A stretch of 64,000 nucleotides of DNA from Phoronis australis (GCA_002633005.1 NMRA01000254.1:307765-371764), one strand, 5' to 3'. Positions 49,946-64,000 are shown, counted from the first letter of the stretch. The notes: generated from the letters alone by a model not told the origin. Made by a program: numbers and translations.

Positions 49946-51933
49946 AGGAGAATGCCACCCGATTTAATTAGTGTTTTTACCGTATTAATCGCTCTATATC
50001 GACATCACCTCGTATATGGTCGATCTTTCCTCGCCGAAAGGTGTCGTTAACCTGTGAGGAAAACGACGCGGCGACGTCAGTGGTTCTACTGCAGAGTGAG
50101 TGCCGCTATGGTGTGGTGTATCGTTCCCGCTTGTGCGAACTATGAATCTGCGAGGAAAGCGTGTATATCTTTTTTTTTTTCGATTTCCTAGAGAACCCAT
50201 AATGCTTCGAAAGTGACTCGCGCTAGTGAAGAATGAAAAGTACGCCGCTAATAGCAAGTATGAGGCCGTGAAACTTCTTAGTGTCTGTCCGCAGTAGCCT
50301 GCATTTCGTCGGATCGGTTGTTGATCAGTTTTTGATTATGGAGAATTGTGGTTGGCCATGAAAACATAAACAAGTACAATTAATTCAAGGCGTTAGAACA
50401 TAGCGTTTTATGTAACCTGATAGATGACTTACTCGTTCGTCAGGCTTCTGTTAGGTCCTCTGATTGTATAATATTTTCGCCAGTTCTTTTCCGGTCAGCC
50501 CTAAACAATCATCTTAAGCACACCTCTGTTTAGATGCGGTGCAAAATTAGGATGGTCTGTGAAACACATCTACGTTTCTCCAAGAAGGCGTTTCACTTGC
50601 GGAATTCCGTGGCAGCAAACGCAAGCGTCAGTCGTTTCCATTATCGTGCAGTTAGCTCACTGACATCATGACAAGTCATTCAAACGGTTTTCGGAACTCT
50701 CCATATGTTCCGTTGTCTGTGCACATTCGGAGCCTCTCTATTATTTCTTGATCAGTGTATTCCGGTTCGAACTGCTAGCGATCGACCTGTGAAGTCATCG
50801 TCGGATGAGCACTCGCCAAAGGCGGGATTGCGAGTTGCCACGTTGACGTTTATTATTGTGCGTTCTGTTTCAAAATGAATTATTTTCACCCTAACCAATT
50901 CTTCTATAAAATTGAAACAAAAGTATGTCTCATTAGATACAATTTGTAATGCCTTGGAGTGTTCGTGAGTGAAAATGTTTTCAGAAGCCAGCAATGAATA
51001 AATCACTGCGTTACCGGCTTTAGATAAAAAAAAAACTAATTGACCGGGCACCGACTGAGGCCGTGTGAGCGCATGCTAATCCAGTGTTTGCTGACAGAAA
51101 GCTGTTGTGAAACAATAACTCGATTTCATATCCTATAGTCAGATGTTATGGGAATCTTTATTTAGATATCCAAATAATTCATTATTCGAATCATTGTTAT
51201 TGTATCACTTTTGCCCGGACGATTCTGTGGAAGGGTAACCTGACTTCTCGGCCCCCGACGAGCTAGTAAGTAGATTTGCAGTTTTGCGGCTAATTCATCA
51301 AAATAATCACGTGCACATGTTTTTCTTTGGCTCACTAGTATAGACTCTTTGTGACAGGATGTTTAGTTTCCAACTTTGTCTGGTTTGTGTTAGCGATGTC
51401 TTCAGTCTGGCCGCGATGGGCCTGATCGGGTTTCGAATCACTGGCCGGGATAGCAGGTGTTTTGTGTGTTTAGAACTGAAAAAATCGCCAGTCTAAAATT
51501 ACAACACATAGTTATGTTCTCCTGTATGTATTTCATGGACGAATAATTTGAATTTATCACCGAACAGACCCCAAACTCCAGCGACCGACATTGGCAAAGT
51601 GGTCTACCGAACTTTGTAGGTACGGTGCGTTCAAATACCTATAAATCGGTAACAGTGAAATGAAACAACACGTTTGTTCAAAAAGTCGGTGTTTTTGTAA
51701 GGGTTTTACATCGAATTTTGATGATTTGTTGGTGTAAAACGATGAATTCAAGCGATAAGCTGACACCAGCACTGCTGAACAGACTGCATTCTAACCTCTG
51801 ACGTCATTGGTTATTTTCAACACCTCCGTCTGCCGTCGGGTGTCAGGTAAAAGAGCTGTACTCGGTGTTATCAAGTGGAACTACTCGATCTAAATTGATA
51901 CAAACTAGGTTTTTTTTTGGATGGCATTCTCCT
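49946..51933 (-). mobile_element. Second Kolobok family element with KolX remnant
   Basis: TTAA flanks at 49942-49945 and 51934-51937; TIR aggagaatgcca...tggcattctcct; - strand relic near 50510-50780: QFEPEY...RLNDLS*CQ*ANCTIMETTDACVCCH...CFTDHPNF..HLNRGVL. Confidence 0.8.
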
Positions 51934-53899
51934 TTAATAAAAAGGTACCCTTTCTTAGATTCTGTTCCGTAGAATAACTACATGCATTTCGCCGGAATGC
52001 CCTAATTTCTACACAAATGTGTACAGTTTTTTGCTTCCACATTAATTGTCCCCTGGGACACACAGTGACGTCTTCACTGCACAATTTTCCCCGGTTGCAA
52101 AGTGGGCCCGTGGAATTGATTGCCTGGAGGTATTGCAATGTAAACTTCGCAGCATTCTGTAGTATAGAACCGAGAATTGCTGTCTTTCTATGTCGGGTGG
52201 GGAATTAAGACCGATCACGGTATTAGTTTATGGGACCAAATATCGTTACTGGTTTTTTTTTCTCAATGGTACTTTTTTAATTTGCTTTCCGGACCGTACA
52301 TTTTTAAACTAAAACCGTGTCGCAGCGCCTGGTCCGATAATCTCCTTTGATTACCGATACTGATTAGGTTCGCGTAAGACCGCTGTAGTGGGTTGTTATT
52401 TCATGGCCATCTTCCCTGCGGAATACCACTGAAACCCCTATCAATAGATTTACTACCAAAATGAACTTGTACAGGCTCAAGCATGCCATACCCCAAGCAT
52501 CAGAGTGATGCTGATAGGTTTAGCCAGCAGCTCCATCTTGACGCTTGGGCACGAGGCTGCTGAATTAGGAGTAGCCTCCTTGAAAACGCACATTGTACAT
52601 GTACAGCAGATCTACAACGTAATGAAACAAAATTCGACCTAACATTTTCATATTACAACACCGCCTTTCATAAAATTGGCATGAATCGCCTGCACTTACA
52701 GGGCTAATTGATGGTTTACAAACTCTAATTAGCCGGTCACGGAAAGCTGGCGGTGGAGTGCTTTCCCACTGATATACTTACTTGTACCTGGATCCAATCT
52801 CTACAGTACAGTGTATGTTACCCTCAACGCGCATCTACTTCCTTGATACTCCACACGGCGTAGTACTACATCACTACTCAGTTAAAAAATCTTTCTTTCC
52901 GCCAACAACTGTTTTGTTTATAGTTCCCCGACAGTTCTAGTTTCCAGCGAGCCATTTCTCTCGTTGGCTGCTCAGTCGCGACACATTTTGTATTGTTTTT
53001 TAGTAATAGCCATTCACAGGGGTCCTGCATTTTGAAAACCAATTTAATGCAAGTCATTTTGTGTAGAAAACCGGTTCCCAAAATTGGGGTCCCTGTAAGT
53101 GACTATTATCAACTTTTCTGCATTTTGCACCTGCATTTGTTCTATACGCACTAAAAATTTTATAAAATTTGAAAGGACAAAAACCTATTTTGTTCTGGTA
53201 TGCATCACGACTAAGAAAAAAAAGAGAAAAAACACACGTGCACATGATTTTTCAAAAACCTCAAAATACATACAAGTTAGTTTTAATGAAGCTATATTTT
53301 GCCTCGTATAACTGGCTAAAACACAAAAATCGAATTAGGTCTGTTAGTCTCATAATTTCGAACTCATATTCCTTACTGTGCTAGGACTCCATTTCCGTTA
53401 CCAGCTGAAGGCATTGAGTACGTGCGCTATTTTGAATTTGCAATTTTAGGATTGACTCGATGATGATTGCCATATAAAACCTTGGTGATAGCAGAAATGA
53501 ATGACAGAAAAAGGCTTGACTCGATTTTCAATTTTTAGCCAGCTGAACAGGAAAAATGCAGCTTTAACGTAATGGTTTGTCAACAACTGCTTTAGGAGGA
53601 GGGGCGGGGGGACGGTTGATCCAATTTGTCAAACAGACGTAAAGCAGTTTTACGACGTTGGCTATTTTATAGAATGTTTCAAATAACAAATTACTTCAAC
53701 CCAATTGAAAATTTGATTTTGCTTTTTGTTTGTGTTGCATGAGGTGTTAAATGATACCAAGTGACATCAAATTTCTCAATGACGTCATACTAAAATATAG
53801 GAAAACCATACACCCATGTACACATTTGGTGACTAAACTTAAAACATAAACGGCAAATTTGAATTTATTAATGAACAAACTTCTCGTCTCAGATTACAC

Positions 53900-54210
53900 A
53901 CGTCAATACGAGCATTTGATTGTCGACCGTAATTACACTCGTAATTAGGGACGAGACCTCGTGTATGCCTGTAATTACGCTCGTAATTAGGACCGAGACT
54001 TTGCTCGTGTTTTACGACCGAAATCTTTCGCCCGTAATTAACTGGTATTGACCACCGAGACTTCGCTCGTAATCAGTAAATCGAATTGGAAATTGATTTG
54101 AAGTTCATGTGACCGCTGAAGCAGGTGTACGCTTGTAATTTTACGGTTGTATTTTTCGCTCGTAATTTTACGATCGTAATTGTACGGTCGTAATTTTACG
54201 CTCGTATGTT
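53900..54210. repeat. Degenerate short-motif array (cgctcgtaatt-like)
   Basis: About ten imperfect ctcgtaatt / gtcgtaatt motifs. Confidence 0.6.
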
Positions 54211-55090
54211 TGCACAATTGTTATGAAGTTTTCTGAAGGTTCATTGATATTTTTCACTTGCTGCCCTAATAATCAAGGGCATTTGAAATTGGTCTGTTTA
54301 AGTACATATTGAGGTGGCAAAATATATATCTAGCAGGTTGTCAGGCAATGGTTTTACTATAGTTTTTGAAATTATCATGTTTTTTCAATATTTAGTTGAA
54401 GTTAGATTCTCTTACACATAGAAATGCGTGCAAATGACATATGGCATTGCAAAAAACATAGATTAAAATTTTTTCGGGGGGGTAGATAATGTAGTATAAT
54501 TTCTAAATGTTGGTGGCAAACCATTCATTTTTATTCAATACATTTCAATAACAAACCATTTGCACCACAAAACAATATCAGTCGTGTATTAGTAAAACCG
54601 TTGGTGGCTGGCGTCTGGCTAAAATTATGATCGAAAAATACCAGCTTGAAATGATGAGGGACGTAACACTTCTTTAGAGCTCACGTGACCTACAAATCAA
54701 TTTCTCATTGGATATAACGAACAGAGTCTCAGTCGTGATTACGAGCATAATTACATTCCCCTCAAACTAAAAATGCAAAAAAAAAATTGTCTGCTGCGAA
54801 AAAATCGATGGCGGCTCAAATTAAGTTGTGTACTGAAGAGTTCAGCGCTAGGCTTACGCAAGACCTTGCTCAGTTCGTACACGGCAATATCTCACGTATA
54901 ATCTACCTAGAGAAGTTTTGCTTTTTAGCGAGCGTTACTGAGCTCTACTACTATGGATGCCATCCGAGGTTTGTCCTCGGCACAAACGGAGGCCCCCCGC
55001 GGCCCCCATCCATTAATTTCGGGGCCTGGGGTACATCTAGGTATACCAGCATCACATTGAATTGCGACGTGTGACCCTAACCCGGGTAAA

Positions 55091-55273
55091 CATGGACGGC
55101 GCACCATAGGAAGGTTGGGGGGCTATAGCCTCTCATATTTTTCAGTGCTGCGCCGCCCATGATACAAGCGGAGCACCACAGGGTGGCTGGGGGCCCTCAC
55201 CAGTAACCATGGGCGGCGCACCATAGGGGGTTCGGGGGCTATAGCCCCCACTTTTTCAGTGCTGTGCCACCCA
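55091..55273 (+). repeat. Two tandem GC-rich MITE-like units of about 70 bp
   Basis: catgg[a/g]cggcgcaccatagg...ggggctatagcc...tttttcagtgctg occurs twice. Confidence 0.6.
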
Positions 55274-58200
55274 TGCTTGGTAACTGATGAGAAACTGCAA
55301 AAAACCGCTGAATAATGTCGGAATGACAGATTTAGCAACTCACGAGTGAATATCGTGTATCCCGGTGGCGGCGTGGGGGTACTGCCTCCGTGAGACAGTC
55401 GTAATTTGTGCACACTCCTTCTAGCTCGACTCATGGCGGTGGCATTGGTGGACGATATGATATGCACATGAACAGGTATTTAAAATTATCCAAATCTTCA
55501 CTCTAAGACGTTGGAAAACCATTATATAAGCGAGTGATTTTTTTAGTCAGACGCCGCGCCAGGAGCGACGGTTCGCCACAAGCCATGAGCGCTAGTGCCA
55601 GCCATTTAGTGAGACTCACCAGGCGGTCGAACCGGCGCTCCCGGCGCGGCGTCAAATTGACCCCGCGCCCAGGCCTGTTGCAGGCCCGTAGGAAGGCAAA
55701 AATTATTGGGGGAGCACAAACCATTTCAGCCCATCGCTTCCACCGCCGCCAACCCCCCTCGCCCCCGCGTGCTCCCGATGCCACCATATTTGTACCGAAT
55801 CTCCACGGTCCGCCTTAGGTGCCATCGGGGGCAACTAAAGCGGCGGTTTTAGGGGTCCCCATAAGGTCATGGCCCCCTACTTTCCCCAGATTCCCCTTTG
55901 GCAGTTCGGGGGTGCGAATTTCTGACGGGTAAAACCCTGGCTAATACTCTGCCCTGTCCCCCCAACTCAAAATCCTGGATCCGCCCCTGGGACAATCCCG
56001 GGAATGCAGCCATCAAGAGCTGAGTAACCATGGACCAACACGGAGAGTAAGAATGGGCCTAGGACCAGTGGGTAGCGAGGAGTTGCCTCAAGTAGCTATG
56101 TCTGAAATCCAACTTTGTGAAAATACGACATTCTCAATTAACTACATTGTAAATCTAGTTGCTGGTCAGCTCATCTGTGATTCACTTGAGACAGGCAACT
56201 CGTACTGGCCGTCTGCGCTCGCTCTAAGGTCAAGATTCGTTTTATTATGATCCAGTTTCGGGAAAACTTGAAGGAGTTTTTTTGAAAAGGTGAGTTCCCG
56301 TAGTCCCTGGTATAGTGCCTTTGGGGGTATTTCAAAATCCTTAGTTGAAACACGACCGGTAGTTCAGTTTCTGGTGGCTGGGAAAAAGAATAGTGTGTTC
56401 CAAAAATGTACACATTTGGCTTCCTGAACGCCTTGAGTTCAAATTCAGTTCCCGTGGATCACTAAGATTCTACGCGAGCCTACTGCACATTTACATCTTA
56501 TTTTTAACGTGGGTACGTCAGTCATGACGTACACGCGAATCCTGGCAAGCAATCAATTCGGTTTTGAAGAACAATACTACTGGAAACTAAAAACACCAAG
56601 GAATTGCAAAGACAAGCTTACCAAGCAATGAGTTTAATTTTATTTATTTAGGATTTTTAAAACTTTTTTTCTATCTACGGTTTGTGAGTCTGCATGCTCG
56701 CAGGTTTTAACGGGTATCCGGCGAAATATGGGAGATGGGGCATTCGTATAAGGTGTATTTTTGCTCATTTCAGAGGTACCTATAACGGTTCACGAAGTAA
56801 ATTTGAACTCCCTAAAAAAAACGCTGAAATCTTTGTTTGTGATTGCGAGATTTCTTTGAGTGCCCCCTTTCGACACGGTCATCACAAATAGTAGCCTAGA
56901 CAGCAGTGTTTTTCACATGTGGGAATTCCTTACAAACAACTCATAGTAACCATCTTCACAAGAGATAATATTCTTGTGATACTACGGGAAACGGTAATAT
57001 TATTTTACACTACTAACCATCGGAAATAGTCTACCCTTTTGTGTAATTGAAAAATAGCTGTCTTCACGTTCTTCAAAATTCCACCCTTTCGATGGCGACA
57101 AGCTGCTGTATTTTATTCACATTTCTGGTTGTTTGTGTCGAATGGCTGTGATGTGCACGAATGTTTTGTGATTTTTTTTGATGAATTTGGAATCTCAACT
57201 TCCTTCGTGAATTAAAATTCGGCAGTGCCGGATTTACATATATAAAGAGACAAAGGGACATTCACCCCGAACTGCACCACCGAAAGAGGACACCATCCGA
57301 AATGGGTCACCTTAAGATGAAAGGCTAAACATCATTAAGTTTGGAAAAAAGAGTGACAGTTTATTTCACCGTCGTGTGGTCCCAAAACGATGCAGGAAGT
57401 GAACTCCTTCAAGATGAAAACTGGTTGCACGATTTCACAAAAACAGGAAAATAGAGGTAATCGATTCCAACATTGGGTGCTCTCTCCGTGAGAGGCCCTT
57501 TAAGAATTTGCCAATAAAATACAAAAAAATGTGGCCATTTGAATGTCATCAACTGCCTCCTTCAAGGGTGGGGCCCTTAAATATGAAAATATCTATGATT
57601 TTCACTCAGGAAATACCCGGCAGTTTGATGTTACCTGTCAGGTCATCAATTTTATCAAGTAAATATACAGTTTCGAGAAAAAAATAAATCGAAAGTTGTC
57701 TCCATTACTTGATCCGGCCCTTGCCAGAGAGGGACCTCTGGAAAAATATAGTTTTGCATACGCTACGCCATTACAGCGTTCGGTCGTTCAGTAACTTTTC
57801 CAGAGGTGAGGGGTGCTGAACGTGCGATAAGATATGTCTCTTTTGTTGACTACTCAGCTCAGTCTTTTGTCCCGTATGATAACAAGCAGGCCAATTATCT
57901 CCCAGGCTTCAATCGAATCGTATGGTGGTTGCACGCTATTATCGAACGCGTATGAACATTGTCAAACCCAGTGCGTTGGAAATCCGTTTGATCAGAATAG
58001 ATTGTCTTGTAGTTGGGCGATTTTAAAAAGCTGAACATGATCAGCATTTGACGAGGAATTCAGAAATGCTATTATTTATAACTTAACTTTGATTCTTATC
58101 AGCCCAGCCCAGTGAGGCTAGACGATCTGATCGGAGTTTGAATTAGAGCAATTATCGAACAAAAGAGTGCATGCCCTCCAACCATGAATGTCAGAATGGA

Positions 58201-59970
58201 GTTAATCAGTCGCCGGTTTAAGATATTGGCTACGAGGGTAAACTTCCCAACTTGTTGTTGGGCTATAGAATCGAACAAATTGGGAGCAACGGGATCGATG
58301 CCGTCGCCCGGCGTCCGATGTTTACAAAGTTCGAAATATATGTATGATTGATCGTGCACGTTTTCAAGTGCGTTTAGACGACATGTGGTGCAAAAGCGGA
58401 AATCCTATAACGGCAATGTCTTGGCCAGGGTCCTCAAAAAATAAACCATGCAGTGATGCAGAGTTCTTAAATATGGTTCTTGAATGTGCTCAGTCAGTCC
58501 GCCACGAGATTTCGCAGTCTTTCTTTTCTCGACTGTCCCCGTCCCCGCCGTATGTCAGTTGCCACGGTTGAATCCTGACGCCTGAAAATTTTTGGGAGCT
58601 CGTGCCTGGACCCCCTACAGCATTGTCGGTGTTGGTATTGGCCATGCAGGGGTTCGAGACTTCAGTCATTGCATAGTGCCGAGGCACCACAGCACATTGT
58701 CATCAAACTCTTTTTTCACGAAAATCGTCGATGTCCTATGCCAGTAGAGTTCAATAACGCTAGGACCGCGCTAAAAATCAAAATTGATATTGACGAGTGT
58801 TTTAAATAACTGCACCTGATTTTGGCTAGATTTTAGCGAGATCCTAACGTTACTGAACTACGTTAGTATGCGGGAACAAGGTTGATAGTTCTGCTATTGC
58901 CTTAGTACAACTGAGCGTTCCCTGGGAAGTGAAAATTTTGGTGACATTTGTGCCGCAAGCACGACCTAATTGGTTGACCATTCTTCATTACCAGAGTTTC
59001 TTCAAGGCTAGGTACGATTTATCATTGATAAGTGTCGGTAAATTTTGCAGTGGTTGTTTATTTGTCNTGGGAGCTCGTGCCTGGCCCCCCTACAGCATTG
59101 TCGGTGTTGGTATTGGCCATGCAGGGGTTCGAGACTTCAGTCCCTGCATAGAGCCGAGGCACCACAGCACATTGTCATCAAATTCTTTTTTCACGAAAAT
59201 CGTCGATGTCCTATGCCAGTAGAGTTCAATAACGCTAGGACCGCGCTAAAAATCAAAATTGATATTGACGTGTGTTTTAAATAACTGCACCTGATTTTGG
59301 CCAGATTTTAGCGAGATCCTAACGTTACTGAACTACGTTAGTATGCGGGAACAAGGTTGATAGTTCTGCTATTGCCTTAGTACAACTGAGCGTTCCCTGG
59401 GAAGTGAAAATTTTGGTGACATTTGTGCCGCAAGCACGACCTAATTGGTTGACCATTCTTCATTACCAGAGTTTCTTCAAGGCTAGGTACGATTTATCAT
59501 TGATAAGTGTCGGTAAATTTTGCAGTGGTTGTTTATTTGTCCCATAGATCATAAACAACGAATTCGCGACTGTTACTTCGTGTGCTACTTCCGGTTAATG
59601 CATCGGGACGGAAATTCTGAGCAGCAAACTTTCGTACCTATTTTACTACTTAAAAGTACGAAAGAAAACGCCTTCGCTCAGTAGAATTCTATTTTTTGTT
59701 GTCGGCAAACCATTCTAATCATCGGCTCGCTTGTAGCAAATAAGAGGAATAGTCTATAGCCAACTTGTCAGAGCAATCCAATATGGCCGACGAGGAGGGG
59801 CTTTTCGTACTGATTAAAATTAACAAGGCAGTTGAAAATACTCTTCAAATTAGTAATTGCAGGTATTGGTGCTTAACTTGAGGTTCGTTTAATGAATACA
59901 CATCCATGAAACATCTGATGTAGCAAGCTAGAGTTGTTTGCCACTGCGTCCTTGTGACTCTGTGGCTTAA

Positions 59971-61459
59971 AGGCGAAGACAACCTTTTTTTCATGTCGCT
60001 TTTAGCAAAAATAAGGTCTGTTGATTATCCCAGAAATATTTTTCACTTAATTACAGCTTTTCGTAATTTAATTAATTTCTCGTCCTCTACTACGGAAGTG
60101 ACGTTTTGGGAGGCAAGAATTTCGTGCCAATTTCTTTTCATACAGTCAGACTGTGAGAGCTGTCAAGTCAGTCATTGTTCTACGTCAGATGTGATAAGAT
60201 CGGTCGTCGTTTGCTTTTGTTTACGAGGCAGTCAACATGTCACGCTGTTGCTGCGTATCGGGATGACTCATTATCGTCTCACACGTGCTTTGGGTACCTT
60301 GCATCGCTTTCCAAAGGATGACACACTTCGCCTTACTTGGCTAGCTCGTTCGTGTGAAGAACGCAGTGCTACCCGCTCACGCAACATACAAAGCAGTGGC
60401 AAGCATTTTCAGCTGTCACGTTGCGACAGAGATATGTACGCTGAATGGGGCTATTCGGAAAATCTACCATAACTAGAGGACGTGCGTGTACTAGTGGTGA
60501 TAGATTAGCAGCCTCGATTTCGCGAGCCCTTTAAATACATGGTGAAATGGCTTGCAGCCGTGCCAACTAAATCTGAGATTGCGTAAAAAGGGTGTTTCTA
60601 TGAGAGGAAGTAAGCACGACCTCATACAAAGGTAAGGTTTGTGATTATTTTAACGATTATTCCATGATTATTCTACCAATGCCTGTTAACTGAGGCGCTC
60701 GCCGATGTCGACTTCGCGGCAGTCAGTCGCCAGCCAGAGTCTGGTTAATCTTTGTATGTTGTGATATGTGATACGATACTTGACGTAGCAATCGGGGTTT
60801 TTTCGTACATCAAAGCATTATTATTGTTTGGAATGATTTCTAAAAGTTTATCAGTGACAGTTACATCAATCAATGCTGAGTATTTATGCTGTCAACTCGA
60901 TACAGCTTAATGAGTTAAGATTACNGGCCCAGTTTGGCACCCAGTGAAAAGTACAGTTCGTCATCCAATGAACAGATAGCTGAGCCTAAGTTTATTGTGG
61001 ACTTGTATTGGAACTATTTAGGAGGTGCCACATGTGTGACGAGGGAGTCGCACGGCAGGACTTTGTAAGCAGTTTGGGTGCTCAATTCACCATCCACTGA
61101 GTATGTCGCGGTACACTCGGGCAAGTGGGACAGTTCTTCCTCTGTACGTGAGACGATAATGAGTACATCTCTGTAGGCAGCAACAGCGTGGCATGTTGAC
61201 TGACTCGTAAACAAAAGCAAACGACGACCGAACTTATCACCACCGAGGTAGAACAATGACTGACTCGACTGCTCTCCCAGTCAGACTGTATGAAAAGAAA
61301 TTGGCACGAAATTCTTGCCTCCCAAAATGTCACTTCCGGAGTAGACGATGAGTAATTAATTAAATTACGAAAAGCTGTAAATAAGTGAAAGATATGTCTG
61401 GGATAATCAACGAACCCTATTTTTGCTAAAAATGACATGAAAAAAGGTTGCCTTCACCT
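59971..61459 (+). mobile_element. Kolobok copy 5 with THAP-side ends at both termini and a nested insertion
   Basis: TTAA flanks at 59967-59970 and 61460-61463; 61148-61459 is the reverse complement of the left end; transposase relic at 60926-61147. Confidence 0.85.
60447..60924 (-). mobile_element. Nested ISL2EU-like terminus inside Kolobok copy 5
   Basis: Begins AT + ggggctattcgga and matches the reverse complement of about 23060-23535; truncated at a single-N contig join. Confidence 0.8.
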
Positions 61460-64000
61460 TTAACAATTAAATTGTGAGACTCAGAAAGCCTCCGAGTCCG
61501 AAGTCCTTTTCAATTTTTTTTTGAGTCCCCATGTTCAGCATGTCTGAAATTTCCGTAGCGATAGAAATGCAAAAAAGGCACTAAAAAAGGAATACCATTG
61601 GAGGTCTTAATGTCGTGAGTGCCCTAAAGTTGGTGAACGATCTTATTTCCGCTTCTGCGCGGTCCCGCGACATCTAGTATTGAAGTTTCCAGCGTTTGTC
61701 TGCTTGCGAACGTCAAACGAATACCCGGACATGTTGATATTCACAATATGAAAATAAACAGTGGGTGGGTGATTTTTTTTTGAAAATGTACCATAAAACA
61801 GCGTATTTCACTAATCCACTTTTTTGTGCATTTTCAGAATATATTTTCAAAACTAAACATCATTCAGATTTGCTGTAACACGCGCTCCAGGGGTGGCTTG
61901 AATAATGTATCTAAATGTCCCAGGGTCAAGCAAGTTTTGTAAGGCCAAAGCAATAAAATACAGAGCTCCAGATAAATGATGCTGGGTTCTTAGCAATTTA
62001 CGTAAACAACCTCATTGAAAACGTCTGAACATCGATGTTGTGTGCAATACACAACAATTGATTTCAACTGAAACTGAATTAATAAGACAATGCAGTGCGT
62101 TTTTATGTCATCTAGAACAACTGTAAGCCCTGTAGTTGATTTGTGTGTTCTTACTTCGTGCATTTCCTGCTATACGAAGCGGTCACAACTTTAGAGCCTC
62201 ATTCAAAATGGCCTGTGATATCAGCGACTGTTTCAAAACTCTGCTTACAAAGACAAATAAGGGTTAAAATTGGCAAAACACGTATATTTGTGAAGGCTGA
62301 TATATGTCCTTGACATCACATGAGCGTTTGCTAACGGACATTGGGTAGCATGACATCAGCTGCTTTTTATGCTTATATTCACGACTTTAGGTCACCGGTG
62401 TCTATATCATGGTAAAGGAAGAACGTTTGGACAATTATAAAATCACAAATATTTGTTTATCCTGTCACTCTGAATGTAATAGTACAGGGAAGAAAATTCT
62501 GTTGATTATAACTTGGTCAACCCATTCTCGCAAGACTTCACAAGTTCGCACATACTGACAAGACAATAACTCACGAGACTCATTCCAGTCATTCTGCAAG
62601 CTTGTTGGGCTTTCTTGTGTTGTATGCCTGAACTCAAATGTAATGATGTTTATGTATTTGTTTTTACAAACTGTATTTCAGTTTGGTTTGTTTTGACATT
62701 CCATTCTGATGATGAAATACGCTAGAGCAACTCATTTGAAGAAAAATGTTATTTCGTTTTTCAAAATTGTTTTATAAATAAGGTTATGGAAAATTTTTGA
62801 AAATTCCGAAGTGACGCTTCAGGCTGCATTGGCCAAATAAGCAAATTAGGGAAAGTGTTAATGCCAACCCTATATTGGCAATGCGCCTCAAATTCCGAAG
62901 CTGATTCAGCAATTGAAACTGGTTACCAGTGATTTTGCTCACATTGGTAAACCAAACCCTAAACAGGGTTGGAAGTTCATAAATTGAAGGTGTATAATTT
63001 AGTGTCATACATTGCACATCAAATATTAACCTGCACACATTGAAATTACAATCACGTGAGAACATTTATCTTAAGAAATATTGCAAGTATTAACTGCTCA
63101 GAAATCAAGCCCTTCAAAAGAATTTTTTAAGTCCATCCCTTGGCGTTTAACTATTCCTTTGTCACTCCACCTTTTACATTTTTCCTAGCGTTGAACTCCT
63201 GAACTAAAGCATTCACTTGGCTGGCATTTGGGTCACAACTAATTACAACATAATGCCATTAGGTTAAAATCTGGCAGTACAAGATGGCAGACAATTTGGT
63301 TCGTTGGTCCTAGAGAAAGGTAAAAAGAGGGGGAATATAACCAGGTTAGAGCAATCGTGGTTCCCTAAATTCCGAAGGGAATTTGGATTTGGTTAATATT
63401 AGCACCATCAACAAGTATTTATCTACCCATTCCTCTGGTTTATGTTCATTTCACAAATTAGTAAAAAATAGTTTCACTGGACCTTCAACTCTGCTTTAGC
63501 TAAGTTTTGGGTACCAATTATGGTAACTCCCTCTTAGGCCATGGCAAAAATGTTATCAAATGAGTATTCATTCATTGCAAAGTCATAAGTATTGGAAAAA
63601 CCAGTTGTGTGTCCTTGGTTTCTTTCAGTGGACTTCCTTCAGTTTCTGTACTCCTCTGGGTTAAATACCCATGTTCAGCTTAATGACCCCCCAGAAATTT
63701 TCAAACACCTATGCTTGGCTCATTCACTCCTACAGCACACATCACGAATTTTTGGCCGACCGGTCGGAAATTGGTCGACAACCAGCAGCCGACCAACAAC
63801 GGTCGGCTAGGAGCCGTCTACTGAGTCGCCTCTGTGGTCGGCACTTGGGTCGGCTAAGTGGTCGCCTAGCGTAGACGACCAATTCGGATTAAGCGTGTCC
63901 TTGGTCGGCAATTAACATTTTATGACTTAACGGGTGAACTTTGGCCAAACAAACATTTTACTGTTCGCTGTTCGTTCACCACTGGCAACTCAGGTCTTGA

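Noticed and set aside
51400-51455. tRNA-like B-box (tttcgaatc)
   Set aside because: No cloverleaf or convincing A-box could be built; it lies inside a transposon.
57800-58360. Possible hAT dimerisation-domain relic on the - strand (ALIQTPIRSSSL)
   Set aside because: Similarity is too weak, with no TIRs or target duplication to support it.
58593-59541. 474-bp direct duplication resembling LTRs
   Set aside because: Joined at a single N with no internal region; likely an assembly artifact.
59954-61438. 172-aa and 118-aa ORFs with similar sequences
   Set aside because: Chance read-through of the Kolobok inverted termini, not genes.

Overview
Eukaryotic (invertebrate animal-like) AT-rich draft genomic DNA with spliceosomal introns, assembly gaps and many transposon remnants; there is no prokaryotic operon, CRISPR array or rRNA. 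Two spliced genes lie on the + strand. (1) The last three coding exons (TM3-TM7 plus C-tail) of a group-4/tetraopsin-like opsin (neuropsin/Go-opsin-like; Lys296 and Glu181 equivalents present, TRY instead of D/ERY) at 3258-7849. (2) A 15-exon, roughly 1,260-aa type I membrane protein at 24103-49484 that the ORF track shows only in fragments: signal-peptide end - F-type lectin - compact kringle-like domain - TSP1 - (Ig-Ig) x3 - EGF x3 - TM - short tail, with phase-1 introns throughout the ectodomain. This mosaic receptor is the most notable item. The rest is mostly mobile DNA: several Kolobok copies from two families (TTAA target sites, THAP and KolX remnants), an ISL2EU-like element (THAP + YqaJ), a truncated Tx1/L1 LINE, MITEs and satellites. 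All domain calls are by eye, without database searches.
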